From assembly GCF_009914755.1 (NCBI RefSeq), contig NC_060935.1: a DNA stretch of 64,000 bases, one strand, 5' to 3'. The translations under genes were made by a program, and so were the position numbers. The notes beneath the pieces are model-generated. The model searched no databases. It worked only from the letters and a program-made list of their open reading frames with translations, and was not told the origin of the DNA. Every line of letters starts with the position of its first letter. Position 1 is the stretch's first letter. The DNA comes from the human T2T-CHM13v2.0 reference genome, Homo sapiens. Below are positions 1 through 14,718 of the stretch, one piece after another.

Positions 1-606
1 TGAGAGATAAATTTTGGTGGCTTCGACTATGGTGACCCTGACCAATACCCAGAGAAAGGAGAAATCAATGAAACTTTGAATAGATAGAAATGTGCTACTC
101 TTACCTAGAGCGACAACCAACCAAGGTCATATTTTTTAGAGCATGTATATTACATTAGGGAGTAGTTGTGTCATTTCTGGGAATACTAGTTTTATAAGAA
201 AAGCCTGAAACTGGATTCAAATTCTGATTGTTCCGTTTACAAATTGTGTGCTCTCAGATGAGTTATTTCATGGTTTTTACAGTTTCCCCAAAATAGTAGT
301 GCCTATCTCATTTCTACTTAATAGAGCTACTATGACAGTTAGAAGATAAAACAGATAAGACATGGAAAGCGCTTAGCACAGGGATAGACACAAAGTAAGA
401 AATTAATAAATATAACTGCCACGTCAGTTTGGATTACTTCTGTTGCAAGAGATTGCAATGAGAAAAGAATTTACCGGCCTGCATAATCATAGCAAACAAG
501 GCCTTAGGACCCAATTTCTCTCTCTGTTGGTTGACTGCGCTTTACTTCTGCTCTGCCCTCACTCCTTGATAGATCTTCCCAAGGTGGCATGATGGCTTAC
601 ATGAGA

Positions 607-1441
<835 letters not shown>

Positions 1442-1446
1442 GTTTC

Positions 1447-1464
1447 TGGTGACCACAAAGGGAC
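1447..1464 (+). other. Retroviral primer-binding site, tRNA-Arg type
   Basis: TGGTGACCACAAAGGGAC versus TGGCGACCACGAAGGGAC (complement of the tRNA-Arg 3' end as recalled). Both mismatches are CpG-type transitions. Confidence 0.7.
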
Positions 1465-2782
1465 GGCTGGACACCTCACTCATTTCAGATCCTGCTGATG
1501 GGATCCAGGGAAACTGACAAAAGCCAGAAAAAGGTAAGCATTCTCCCAAAGTCAGCTTTCTCAGATCTCTGTTTGTAGCACCCAGTTAAGAGACAAAGGT
1601 AAAAATTTCTCCTTGTCACTTTTTCTTTTCCATATTCATATTTGCAGAAGAAAAACTTGCAAACATTAGTTCTTTGGATTATGATTCTTGCACATTTGGC
1701 TAACTTGGTTTTGAGGTACATCTTGTTTACTGATTCTTTCCATGCCAGAGACAGCTACTGCTTTCCTAGTTATCTCATTTTGCATCCTGAGAGCTTGGCT
1801 TGGCTTTCTGCCTGCCAGGGAAATGTGCAGACAGTCAACCATCAGGTTGTTGGCCCTGAGAATATGGCCTGATGGAAATGTAGGTTGCATCTCATTCTCC
1901 GCTAATGTCTTACTGACTGTTGCCAGCCCTCAAGAAGGGCCATCTAAGTCTGTCTTTCTTGTGGCTATCTTTGGGAGTGGTCTGGATCTTGAAAGGCTGC
2001 CTTTTTTGCACTCTCTTTGAAGATGACTCTTGCGTCCACGGTTAAGCTATAAAAGTCTTGTTGGTTGTAAGTCATAAAAGGCTTATTGGCTTTTGTTTTG
2101 AGTCACTTGAAATAGATACCTTTAGTTTCAAAAAAATTATTTTAAAAAGAAGTTCAGTATTGCCAGAGATATTTACTGTTTGTCCCAGCTAAAACTTGAT
2201 AATAAGATATTTGAAAGAATTTTTTTTTTAAAGATCTATGGTCAGAAATTGGCCTAATTGGAAGCTGATATTCAGGGCCTAATGGAACCAATTTTGTTTA
2301 AGACTTCTCTGTTTTCTCTGTTTAATCCTGCTCCTCCCATGGGAACTTCTCACTTAACTGAAATCCCCTTCTCAAGCCCCTGCTGACTAGATGTCCACCT
2401 CCTTCTTGTTGGCACAATTTTGCTGAGGATAATTTGGAACTCCATTGGCTCCTTGGGGAAACTTAAGATCTCCCAAAACTGGCCCCTCTGAAGTTTCTGC
2501 CTTCCCTTTGCTTCTGCTCCTCCTTCATCCTTTTGCCACTTTCAATCTTCCATTCAGTTTCCTGAATCCTTTGATATGTCCCCCTTCAAGCTCCTACCTC
2601 CTCCATTCTTCTGTCCATCTCTGCCAGACCTTTTTCCACCCCAGCCCCTCAGTCACTTGAACCTTCAGCTCCTCTGCTCTCAAAGAGACTCGAGGGCCCC
2701 CAAAAGCAAGTATCTGAGGCTGAAAAGGAAAAAGCCTAATTGGAAATAGTCTATTTTATCCACTCAGATGTGCTTTGAAAAT

Positions 2783-2945
2783 ATCCAGATAGAGCCCAGT
2801 GTGGTGACACATACCTGAAATCCCAGCTACTTGGGAGGCTGAGGTGGAAGGATGGCTTGAGGTCAGGAGTTCAAGACCAGCTTGGGCAACATAGTAGCTT
2901 CCGTCTCTTGAAACACACACACACTCACACACACACATGCACACA
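2783..2945 (+). mobile_element. Alu monomer (FLAM-like) with (CA)n tail
   Basis: Single Alu arm followed by a CA repeat. Confidence 0.8.
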
Positions 2946-3069
2946 GATAACTGCTAGATGTCTTCTAGTCACTTGCCTAGAATGTAGTTCACAGCCTGCA
3001 TAAGATTACATGTCAGGGCAAATGAGAATTTAAACATATTTTTCCACAAATATTGGTTAAAAAATTCCT

Positions 3070-6000
3070 GGGGGCGGGGCCAAGAAGGCCAAGTAGAAGC
3101 AGTGGCGATCGGAGGTTCCCATTTAAAAGAACCATAATAGCGTGCAAATCCTGCACCAGCAACCGAGGTTCTCTCATTAGAACTGACTAGGTGGCTAGCA
3201 TGACCCACAGAGAGGAAGGAAGAGCAGTGTGTTGCAGCAGCTCACCTTAGAGCCACACGGGCCGGGGGAGCACCCATCCCCCAGCCAAGGGAGGTGGTGA
3301 GCGAGTGTGCTACCCAGCGGGGAAACCGTGCTTTTTCCACGGAACTGTGCAACCCACGGATCGGAAGATCCCACTCATGAACCCATGCCACCGGGGCCTA
3401 GGGTCCCAACCATGGAGCCATGCAGATTCTCAACAGCCAGTAAGCTAAAATCTGCTTAAGCCTGCTGAGTTCCTGCGGGGAGGGGCAACCATCACCACAG
3501 CTGCGGCTGCCTACTGTCTAAGCCCTTTGAGCTCCTTGGGGGAGGGGCGGCAGCCAGCACTGGGACTGATAACTGCCTAACACGCTAAGCTCCCTGGGCA
3601 GGAGTAGGACGCAAGCCATCTCTATAGCTCCAGGCTGCGCTTCACACCGCCCCCACCCCCCCGCCCGGCCCCCGCTGGAGCCAGGGAGGCAGGATGGCTT
3701 GCTCCCAAGAGGTGTGCCCCACAACCCAACACACCAGCTGAGGCAGACTATAGCCAGACCGCCTTTTCAGGCCTGACCCTGACCCATCCCTCCTCACTGG
3801 GTGGGGCCTTCCTGCAGGAACTCCAGCAACTCCAGCCAGGATCTCAGGGACAGAACTCCGATCTCCCTAGGCTTAAGCCCCTATGGGGAGGATTGGCCAC
3901 AGTCTCTGCAGACCAGCAGACTTAACCTTTCCTTCTGCTAGTTCTGAGGAATCCAGGCAGCCCAGGCAAGTGGGTTTCCCCCCAGGGAAGCACACTCCCT
4001 CCACCAAGGGACAAAGTGCTTCATTAAAAGGGTCCTGTTCCCCATGCCACCCAACTGGGTGAGACACTCCAATAAGGGTTGTCAGACACCCTATACAGGA
4101 GTGATCCTACTGGCATCAGGTTGGTGCCTCTCGAGGTCAGTGATCCCAGAGGAAGGAGCAGGCACCCATCTTTGCTGTTCTCCAGCCTCATTGAGTGACA
4201 TCTCCAGGCATGGGAGTGAACCAGATGAATAGGACCTGAAGTGAACCCCTAGCAAACTGCAGCACCCCTACAGAAGAGGGAACTGACCATTGAAAACAAA
4301 CAAACAGAAAGCAACAACAGCATCAACAACACAAAAAAAAGTGCCCATGAAAACTCCATCCAAGGGTCAGCAGCCTCAAATATCAAAACTAGACAAACTC
4401 ATGAAGACGAGAAAGAGTCAATGAAAAAACAGTGAAAACCCAAAAGGCCAGAGTGCCTCTTCTTCTCCAAATTGTTGCAACACCTCTCCAGCAAGGGTGC
4501 AGAACTGGACAGAGGATGAGATGGGTGAATTGATAGAAGTAGGCTTCAGAAGGTGGGTAATAACAAACTTTGCTGAGCTAAAGGAGCATGTTCTAACCCA
4601 ATGCGAAGAAGCTAAGAACCTTGATAAAAGGTTAGAGGAGCTTCTAACTAGAATAACCAGTTTAGAGAGGAACACAAATGACCTGATGGAGCTGAAAAAC
4701 ACAGCATGAGAACTTCATGAAGCATACACAAGTATCAATAGCCAAATCGACCCAGTGGAAGAAAGGATATCAAAGTTTGAAGAACACCTTGCTGAAATAA
4801 GGCATGCAGACAAGATTAGAGAAATGAAAAGGAATGAACAAAGCCTCCAAGAAATATGGGACTATGTAAAAGGGCCGAACCTACGATTGATTGGAGTACC
4901 TGAAGGAGACAGGAGAATGTAAACAAGCTGGAAAACACACTTCAGGATATTATCCAGGAGAACTTCCCCAATCTAGCAAGACAGGCCAATATTCAAATTC
5001 AGGAAATACCGAGAACACCACTCAGATACTCCATGAGAAGATCAACCCCAAGACACATAATCAGCAGATTCTCCAAAATCGAAATGAAGGAAAAAATGTT
5101 AAGGGCAGCCAGAGAGAAAGGCCAGGTCACCTACAAAGGGAAGCCCATCAGACTAACAGCAGATGTCTCAACAGAAACCCTACAAGCCAGAAGAGGGTTG
5201 GGGCCAATATTCAACATTCTTAAAGATAAGAATTTTCAACCCAGAATTTCATAGCCAGCCAAACTAAGCTTCATAACAAAGGAGAAACAAAATCCTTTCC
5301 AGACAAGCAAATGCAGGGGGATTTCATCACCACCAGTCTGCCTTTCAGGAGCTCCTGAAGGAAGCACTAAATATGGAAAGGAAAAACCAGTACCAGCCAC
5401 TGCAAAACACACCGAAATATAAAGACCAATGACACTATGAAGAAGCTACATCAACTAGTGTGCAAAATAACCAGATAGCATCATGATGACGGGATCAAAT
5501 TCACACATAACAATACTAACCTTAAATGTAAATGGGCTAAATGACCCAATCAAAAGACACAGACTGGCAAATTTGATAATGAGTCAAGACCCTTTGGTGT
5601 GCTATATTCAGAAGACCCATCTCACTTGCAAAGACACACATAGGCTCAAAATAAAGGGATAGAGGAAAATTTACCAAGCAAATCCTAGTCTCTGGCAAAA
5701 CAGACTATAAAACAACAAAGATCAAAAAAGACAAAGAAAGGCATTACATAGTGGTAAAGGGATCAATTCAACAAGAAGAGCTAACTATCCTAAATATATA
5801 CCCACCTAATACAGGAGCACCCAGATTCATAAAGCAAGTTCTTAGAGACCTACAAAGAGACTTAGACTCCCACACAATAATAGTGGGAGACTTTAACACC
5901 CCACTGTCAATATTAGATCAATGAGACAGAAAATTAACAAGGATATTCAGGACTTTAACTCAGCTCTGAAACAAATGGACCTAATAGACATCGACAGAAC

Positions 6001-9000
6001 TCTCCACCCCAAATCAACAGAATATACATTCTTCTCAGTGCTACTGGCACTTATTCTAAAATTGACCACATAATTGGAAGTAAAACACTCTGCAGCAAAA
6101 GCAAAAGAACTGAAACCATAACAGTCTCTCAGACCACAGTGCAATCAAATTAGAATTTAGGATTAAGAAACTCATTCAAAACCAAACAATTACATGGAAA
6201 ATGAACAATATGACTCCTGAGTAAATAATGAAATTAAGGCAGAAATTAAGAAGTTCTTTGAAACCAATGAGAACAAAGAGACAACATACCAGAATCTCTG
6301 GGACACAGCTAAAGCAGTGTTAAGAGGGAAATTTATAACTCTAAATGCCCACATCAGAGAGCTAGAAAGATCTCAAATCAACACCTCAACATCACAATTA
6401 AAAGAACTGGAGAAACAAGGGCAAACAAATCCAAAACCTGACAGAAGACAGGAAATAACTAAGATCAGAGCAGAACTGAAGAAGATAGAAATGAAAAACC
6501 CTCCAAAAAAACAATGAATCCAGGTTTTCATTGGTTTTTTGAAAAAAATAACAAATTGGATAGACTGCTAGCTAGACTAATAAAGAAGAAAAGAGAGAAG
6601 AATCAAATGGATACAATAAAAAATTATAAAGGGGATATCACCACTGACCCCACAGAAATAGAGACTACCATCAGAGATTGCTATAAACACCCCTATGCGA
6701 ATAAACTAGAAAATCTACAAGAAATGGATAACTTCCTGGACACATACACCCTCCCAAGACTGAACCATGATGAAGTCGAATCCCTGAATAGACCAATAAC
6801 AAGTTCTGAAATTGAGGCAGTAATTGATAGTTTACCAACCAAGAAAAGCCCAGGACCAGAAGGATTCACAGCCTAATTCTAACAGAGGTACAAGGAGGAG
6901 CTGGTACCATTCCTTCTGAAACTATTCCAAATAATTGAAAAGGAGAGACTCCTCCCCAACTCATTTTATGAAGCCAGCATCATCCTGATACCTAAACCTG
7001 GCAGAGATACACACACAAAAAAAAAAAAAAGAAAAGAAAACTTCAGGCCAATATCTCTGATAAACATTGATACAAAAATCCTCAATAAAATACTGGCAAA
7101 CTGAATCCAGCAGCACATCAAAAACCTTATCCACCACTATCAAGTCAGCTTCATCTCTGGGATGCAAGGCTGATTCAACATACATAAATCAATAAACATA
7201 ATCCATCACATAAACAAAACCAGTGACAAAAGCCACATGATTATCTCAATAGATGCAGAAAAGGCCTTTGATAAAATTCAACATCCCTTCATGTTAAAAA
7301 CTCTCAATAAACTAGGTACTGATGGAACATATCTCAAAATAATAAGAGCTACTTATGAGAAAACCACAGCCAGTATCATATTGAATGGTCAAAAGCTGGA
7401 AGCATTCCCTTTGAAAACCAGTAGAAGACAAGGATGCCTTCCCTCACCACTCCTTTTCAACATAGTATTGGAAGTTCTGGCCAGGGAAGTCAGGCAAGAG
7501 AAAGAAATAAAGCATATTCAAATAGGAAGAGAGGAAGTAAAATTGTCTCTGTTTGCAGATGACAGGATTCTATATTTAGAAAACCCCATCATCTCAGCCC
7601 CAAAACTCTTAAGCTGATAAGCAACTTCGGCAAAGTCTCAGTCTCAAAATCCATGTGCAAAAATCACAAGCATTCCTATTCACCAACAATAGACAAGCAG
7701 AGAACCAAATCATGAATGAACTCCCATTCACAATTGCTACAAAGAAAATAAAATACCTAGGAATACAGCTAACAAGGGATGAGAAGGACCTCTTCAAGGA
7801 GAACTACAAACCACTGCTTAAGGAAATAAGAGAGGACACAAATGGAAAAACATTCCATCCTTATGGAAGGGAAGAATCAATATTGTGAAAATGGCCATAC
7901 TGCCCAAAGTAATTTATAGATTCAATGCTATTCCCATCAAACCACCATTGACATTCTTCACAGAATTAGAGAAAACTAAAGTTCATATGGAACCAAAGAA
8001 GAGCCCATATAGCCAAGACAATCCTAAGTAAAAAGAATGAAGCTGGAGGCATCATGCTACCTGACTTCAAACTATGCTACAAGTCTACAGTAACCAAAAC
8101 AGCAGGTACTGGTACCAAAACAGACGTATAGACTAATGGAACAGAACAGAGACCTCAGAAACAACACCACACATCTACAACCATCTGATCTTCAACAAAC
8201 CTGACGAAAACAAGCAACAGGGAAAGGATTTCCTGTTCAATAAATGGTCCTGGGAAAACTGGCTAGCCATATGCAGAAAACTGAAACCGGACCCCTTCCT
8301 TACACCTTATACAAAACTTAACTTGCTATGGATTAAAGACTCACATGTAAAACACAAAACCATAAAAACCCTAGAAAAAAACCTAGGCAATACCATTCAG
8401 CACATAGGCATAGGCAAAGACTTCATGACGAAAATGCCAAAAGCAATTGCAACAAAAGCCAAAATTGACAAATGGGATCTAATTAAACTAAAGAGCTTAT
8501 GCACAGCAAAAGAAACTATCATCAAAGTGGACTGGTAACTTACAGAATGGGAGAAAATTTTTGCAATCTACCTATCTGACAAAGGTCTGATATCCAGAAT
8601 CTACAAGAAACTTAAACAAATTTACAAGAAACAAACAACCCCATCAAAAAGTGGGTAAAGGATATGAACAGACACTTCTCAAAAGAAAACATTTATGTGG
8701 CCAAAAAACATATGAAAAAATGCTCAACATCACTGATCATTAGAGAAATGCAAATCAAAACCACAGTGAGATACCATCTCACACCAGTCAGAATGGTGAT
8801 TATTAAAAAGTCAAGAAACAATGGATGCTGGTGAGGCCGTGGAGAAATAGGAAAACTTTTACACTGTTGGTGGGATGTAAATTAGTTCAACCATTGTGGA
8901 AGACAGTGTGGCGATTCCTCAAGGATCTAGAACTAGAAATACCATTTGACCCAGCAATCCCATTACTGGGTATATACCCAAAGAAATGCAAATCATTCTA

Positions 9001-9458
9001 CTGTAAAGACACATCCACATGTATGTTTATTGCAGCACTATTTACAATAGCAAAGGCATGGAACCAACCCAAATGCTCATCAATGATAGACTGGATAAAG
9101 AAAATGTGGTACATATACACCATGGCATATTATGCAGCCGTAAAAAGGAATGAGATCATGTCCTTTGCAGGGACGTGGATGAAGCTGGAAGCTATCATCC
9201 TCAGCAAACTAACACAAAAACAGAAACCAGCACTGCATGTTCTCACTCATAAGTAGGAGCTGAACAATGAGAACACATGGACACATGGAGGGGAATGACA
9301 CACACCAGGGCCTTTTGGGGGGTGGCAGGCAAGGGGAGGGAACCTAGAGGTCAGGTCAATAGGTGCAGCAAACCACCATGGCACACGTGTATACCTATGT
9401 AACAAACCTGCACATTATGCCCATGTATCCTGGAACTTAAAGTAAAATAAAATAAAAT
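3070..9458 (+). mobile_element. Full-length inactive LINE-1, L1PA8-like
   Basis: 5' UTR GGGGGCGGGGCCAAGA.GGCC; ORF1 remnants ~4401-5421; ORF2 remnants from 5484 (MMTGSNSHITILTLNVNGLN, RT motif FADD at 7552-7563); many stops and frameshifts; A-rich tail; TSD AAATTCCT at 3062-3069 and 9459-9466. Confidence 0.93.
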
Positions 9459-10604
9459 AAATTCCTTTAGCCATCATTGTGTAGGTAACCTTAACTTGTT
9501 CCATCTGCCAAAAACATAATTTGCATTACAAAAATAAGACAAAAATGAAAATCAACTCTTTGGTAGATTAGTGAATTTTGTGTTTCTGTGTTTATATCTA
9601 ACTCATTGCTAAGATTTAGAATGAAAGCGATAAGATCTTTTTGTATCTGTACATATGTTTATATGTGTATGTATGTGTCTGGCATGTAATGTTATGTACA
9701 TGTGATATTTTTCTAGCTCTGAATGGTATTTCCAAAATTAATTTGTAAAAGAGTTCTATTTAATCAGCTTTAAAAAATACTCATATAAATTATGTATTCT
9801 CTCAGAAATATAGGAACTAACTCAAATGATTTTCAAGTTCATGTGCCCTGGGTAATCTTTGGTAAATAAAAATATTGTTGGTTTAGTTAAAGAAAATAAA
9901 TATGCCTTTAGAGTTGTCAGCATTAAATATAATGCAGACATATTTTCTACCTAGCTTTACTAGTCAAACAAGCTTTAGTTATCTTCACTGGGTTAGTTAA
10001 GATTGTAAGACTATAAATCCAACCTCAGAACAAAATATACAATAAAAATGAATTGCTTGACATATATCAAGTACAGCAGTAAAATTTTAAAAAGCTATAT
10101 GTTTAACTTTTTAGGTTCTTTGCTCCTGTGATATTTTTGATATTTGCCTGATTTGTCAGCAAAAACAAAAAATAATTTGAGGTGATGGCTGTGTTTAATA
10201 TCTCATGAAATTTTCATGAGCAATTCAAGCATAATTACTAAGAACAAGTGAATTAATGTAAGTGGGATAAAAGTTTGTAAATGAACTTTTCAGCAATAAT
10301 TATGATGTATAAATTATGGTTTTTAATATGTCTACTTAAAAATAGTTTCCACTCTTTTTGGTAATTTGAAACCTTAAAGCTTTAGTAAGTTAAGTTAAAT
10401 TATGAGTATTCATTGAACATCTAGATCATTTCCAAATAAGATGAAACAATGAAACATTAATTGCTGAATATAAGTTTAAGTTTGTATACTTCTGTCATCT
10501 TGTTTTTATGCAGTATAGAGAATCTAAATATATTTGAGTCTGCTAATAAATATGAGAAATTGTACTATGAGGAAACAGCATATACCTATAAGAAATGTGA
10601 GATG

Positions 10605-10956
10605 AGGCTGGCATGGTGGCTCACTCCTGTAATCCCAGCATTTTGGGAGGCTGAGGTGGAAGGATCACTTGAGACAAGGAGTTTGAGACCAGCCTGGTCA
10701 ACATAGCAAGACCCCATCTCTACAAAATAAAAAGTAAAAAAAATTAGCCAAGTGTGGTGGTGCATTCCGATAGTCTCAGCTATTCAGGAGGCTGAGGTGG
10801 AAGGATCGCTTGAGCCTGGAAGGTTGAGGCTGCAGTGAGCAGTGATTGTGTCATTGTACTCCAGGCTGGGCAACAGAGCAAGACCCTGTCTCCAAAAAAA
10901 AAAAAAAAAAAAAAAAAAGAAAGAAAGAAAGAAAAGAAAAGAAAAAGGGAAAAAAA
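10605..10956 (+). mobile_element. Alu (AluJ-like) with A/GAAA tail
   Basis: Dimeric Alu sequence. Confidence 0.9.
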
Positions 10957-11697
10957 GAATGTTAGTGTCATAAATGTATGATGCAACAGTAAAATGATGG
11001 TTTTTTGGATTATGGGTCTTCTCTTAAAAAGAAATTGTAAAATGGCTTTTCTTTACCTTTTAAGTAACCTGCCTAGCAAACAAAGATTTGTGTCTGATCA
11101 AAATAATTTCCTGTGCTTCATGTTGTCTTTTCAGTTCTTGCAGGCCCAGGAACTTCATAATATTGGGGGAACCTTAAGAAAAGAGGAATTTGCCTAAATA
11201 TGCAGAGATTGCAGGCAAGGTCTGATGGCAAGTCCCTGGCATGGCTTCCTAGCCTTAAGAGGCTTTTAAAACTCTAATCTGAGATTTTTTTATGCAAAGT
11301 TTTAGCAAAGCGAACTAAAAGAAAGGGACCTATGTGGTCAGTCACTATTCTTGCTGTAGTATTGTCAACAATCCGACCAAGTTTAATGAGACTAGGCTCC
11401 TTTTGCAAACAAATTAGTTTCACTTTGATTATTTTTTAGAGAAATGGAGGTGATTGTAGAGAGAAAAATTATGTTTCAATGGAAACCTGTAGTGCAGCTT
11501 TGTGAGTATTCCATTTTAGTCTTGTTCATTGTCTTTAAGGTTTTGTTATCTACCTATAAACTGAGTCCTGAATCTTCTAGTTTCCTCCAATATCTGTCTA
11601 CAGCTCTTCAAATTAATGTTTCACATTTTTCTCTAGCCTCCTAAAATGGCACCACGGAGAGCTAAAACCTGACGGCTCATATTTTTATTGGGACTGT

Positions 11698-11864
11698 CTT
11701 TAACCTCCTTTTTGGGTCTTTATTTCCTAATGAAGGCTTCCATGTCACATAAAACATCTTAAATACATTCATATGACTTTCTCTTGTTAATCTGTCCTTG
11801 GTTATAGGGGCTTCAGCTAAGAACTTAGAAGGATAGAAGGAAAGGTTGGTTTTCCTCTCCTACA
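11698..11864 (+). mobile_element. 3' LTR remnant of the same provirus
   Basis: Aligns to 1281-1441 (TGAAG.CT.C..TGTCACATAAAA...CAGCT.AGAACTTAGAAGGATA...CCTACA). Confidence 0.7.
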
Positions 11865-13251
11865 CAGACAAATACCCGCACAGGTCCAGGTCCAGTAGGG
11901 AAGACAGTGCATCTCTTTTCATAGTTAACAGCCAAATAGGAATTATGTCACATGAGGTCTGATTGAGTAATGTGCCTAACCCTAAAACAATCGCTGTTGT
12001 CGGGGAAGGAAACGTTCAGACTGGCTAGAAGTGAATCATAGGCCCAGCCTTAGAGTTGAAAGTAGAATTGCTGCTAGAGTCACCTGCAGGACGGGGAATG
12101 GGAAGGGGCGGGCCACAAAGGAAATAAGGAATCGATGCTGGATAAAACAGTACAGCTGTCTGCTACAAGTGTTGTCACTCATTGATGTAAAAATAAACAC
12201 CAATAGATGACACAGCATAAAATTTGCATGAATTTTTAAGAAAATATATATAATTTCATTAAAATTTATTTTTGCATTCCCCAAGCTCCAAAAATAGGTT
12301 TGCACTTTTCCCTACTCTAAGGAGTGTCTCGATATATTTACTCAATATTTACTGAGCATCCGCCAAGTGCCAGGCACTAATCCAGGTGGCAGGAATATAG
12401 TAATGAACCAAACAGATACAACTCCTGTCTTCATGGAGTTTGCTTTCTAGTGGGATGTTCACCTGCACCCACCCAAGCTTCTGCTCACAATCTGAGACGA
12501 CTGAATAAGGCATTCATTCCTCAGCCCTTCTCCCCAGCTTTCTTTTAAACTGGGAGAAAAATATGTTTCTTAGCTCAGCTCTTCTTATGTCATTGCCAAG
12601 AGGGAATTTAGCCTCAAGGAACATTCCATGTCTTTTCCTCCTGGCTGTCTGCCTTTCAGTCTCTAGACTCTTCTTCCTCCCTAGAAGGGAGAGGTCTAGG
12701 CTGTGTTTTAATTTCCAAGCTCTTTGATCTCCAGCTGCCACTTTAAAGTTTGAGGTATCAGGGAGTGCCCTTCCTTTGTGTGAGTACAGCCTGCATAGTC
12801 TTTCCGGGTGTCATTCATTTGGTTTGGTGAGAAGGATGATTGTAAAATCTGAAACTGCTTGACCATCTTTTCTTGAAAGGCTAGGGTTTGTAGTTGGCTG
12901 GAGTGTCTTGTGTTTTTTGTTTGTTTTGTTTTGTTTTTTTACCATACCCTAGTATGGAAGAACTGAGCAGTGACTTTGTGTGATATTGACAGCTTTATGT
13001 ACATTACCTCATTTAATTCTCTCAACAGCTTCAAGAGAATGTTGAGGCTCATTATTCCCTTTTACAGGATTGGAAAGGTGAAGAACTTTTCCATCTTACA
13101 CAGCTAGCAAGTGGCAAACTTTCATTTTCTCATTTATAAGATGAGAGAATTAGATTAGATATTATTTCCTTTCCAGCTCTGTAGTTGTTTGAATTTATTA
13201 TTGCAGTTGGAATCCTACCAATGGGTAGTACCTGAACAAGAACAAATAGCG

Positions 13252-13990
13252 GGCCAGGCATGGTAGCTCATACCTGCAATCCCAGCAGTTTGGGAGGGCC
13301 AAGGTGGGAGGATTGCTTGAGTCCAGGAGTTCCAGACCAGCCAGGATAACATAGTGAGACCCTGTCTCTATTAAAAAAAAAAAAAAAATTAGCTGGGTAT
13401 GGCGGTGCCACCTATAGTCCCAGCTATGCCAGACGCTAAGGTGGGAGGGTCCCTCGAACCTGGGAAGTTGAGGTTGTAGTGAGCCATGATCAAACCACTA
13501 CACTCCAGCCTGGGCCATAGAGCAATACCCTCTCTCGAGGAAAAGGAAAAAAGTAAAAAAAAAAAGGCCAGGCCACACCTGTAATCCCAGCATTTTGGGA
13601 GGCCGAGGCGGGAGGTCACTTGAGGTCAGGAGTTCGAGACCAGCGTGGCCGACATGGTGAAATCCCATCTGTACTAAAAATACAAAAAATTAGCCATGCG
13701 TGATGGCACATGCCTGTAATCCCAGCACTTTGGGAGGCCAAGGTGGGAGGATAACCTGAGGTCAGGAGTTTGACACCAGCCTGGCCAACGTGGTGAAACC
13801 CCATCTCTACTAAAAATACAAAAATTAGCCTGGTGTGGTGGCTCATGCCTGTAATCCCAGCTAACTCAAGAGGCTGAGGCAGGAGAATTGCTTGAATCTA
13901 GGAGGCTGAGGTTGCAGTGAGCTGAGATCGAGCTACTGCACTCCAGCCTGGGTGACAGAGACTGTCTCAAATAATAGTAATAATAATAGA
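13252..13990 (+). mobile_element. Tandem Alus: AluJ-like (13252-13565) and a three-arm Alu (13566-13990)
   Basis: Alu consensus matches; the second element has left-left-right arms. Confidence 0.9.
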
Positions 13991-14700
13991 GACTGCACTC
14001 TTAAATATCACACAATTCCAAGCACTTTACGTGGATGATCTCATTTAATCTTCACACCACCCAATGAGGTTGGTGCTGTTATCATCCCATTTTACAGACG
14101 AGGAAAGTAGGGCACAAGGAAGTTAATCGCCAGAAAGTGAAAGAACTGGGAACTGAACTCAGCTGTCTTACTCCAAAGCCTTTGTGCTTAACTATTACAG
14201 ATAGTTCTTCTGAAGAGATTAACAGATGAAGAGGTGAAGAGGATAAGGAGAGTTTCAAATAGGGAAAATAAGGTATTATGAAATTTTAACTTCTGATGTT
14301 TCGATGAAAATTTGTGAGTGCATTTTATCTTTCTACCCATAGGGTTTAACACACGACTGGGCACCCAACCAGTAAATGTTAATTTATTTAATTAATCCAT
14401 CACTAGCAACTTCTTTCCCTTCTGCATTCTCCCAAACTGCTTACTTATTTTAGCTTTTTCACTTGTGAACTATCCCACCCCTCAACTTAACCAAGTTAAT
14501 AATGAAATATTAGCCAATAAACTTAAGGCTCATAGTCATTCCATTTCTTAAAAAAGCCAAGAGAACTAATAGTAAGCATGCTTATAAATAAAGATAAAAG
14601 GAGTTAACTAGAATTAATGGTAAAAAAGGAAAAAAATAGATCAAAGGGGATTTTCCAACACTGAATGGTACCCGGGAAAATAAAACATTTCCACCTTCTC

Positions 14701-14718
14701 TGGCGCCCTCTTGTGCTT
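14701..14718 (-). promoter_or_regulatory. Candidate CTCF site
   Basis: Minus strand reads GCACAAGAGGGCGCCA. Confidence 0.55.

Larger units (their letters stand above)
1465..11697 (+). mobile_element. Decayed ERV1 internal region, interrupted by L1 and Alus
   Basis: Lies between the PBS and the second LTR copy; AT-rich; no intact gag/pol/env ORFs in the ORF track. Confidence 0.55.

Noticed and set aside
4401-9256. L1 ORF1/ORF2 as functional genes
   Set aside because: Fragmented by many stops and frameshifts; not retrotransposition-competent.
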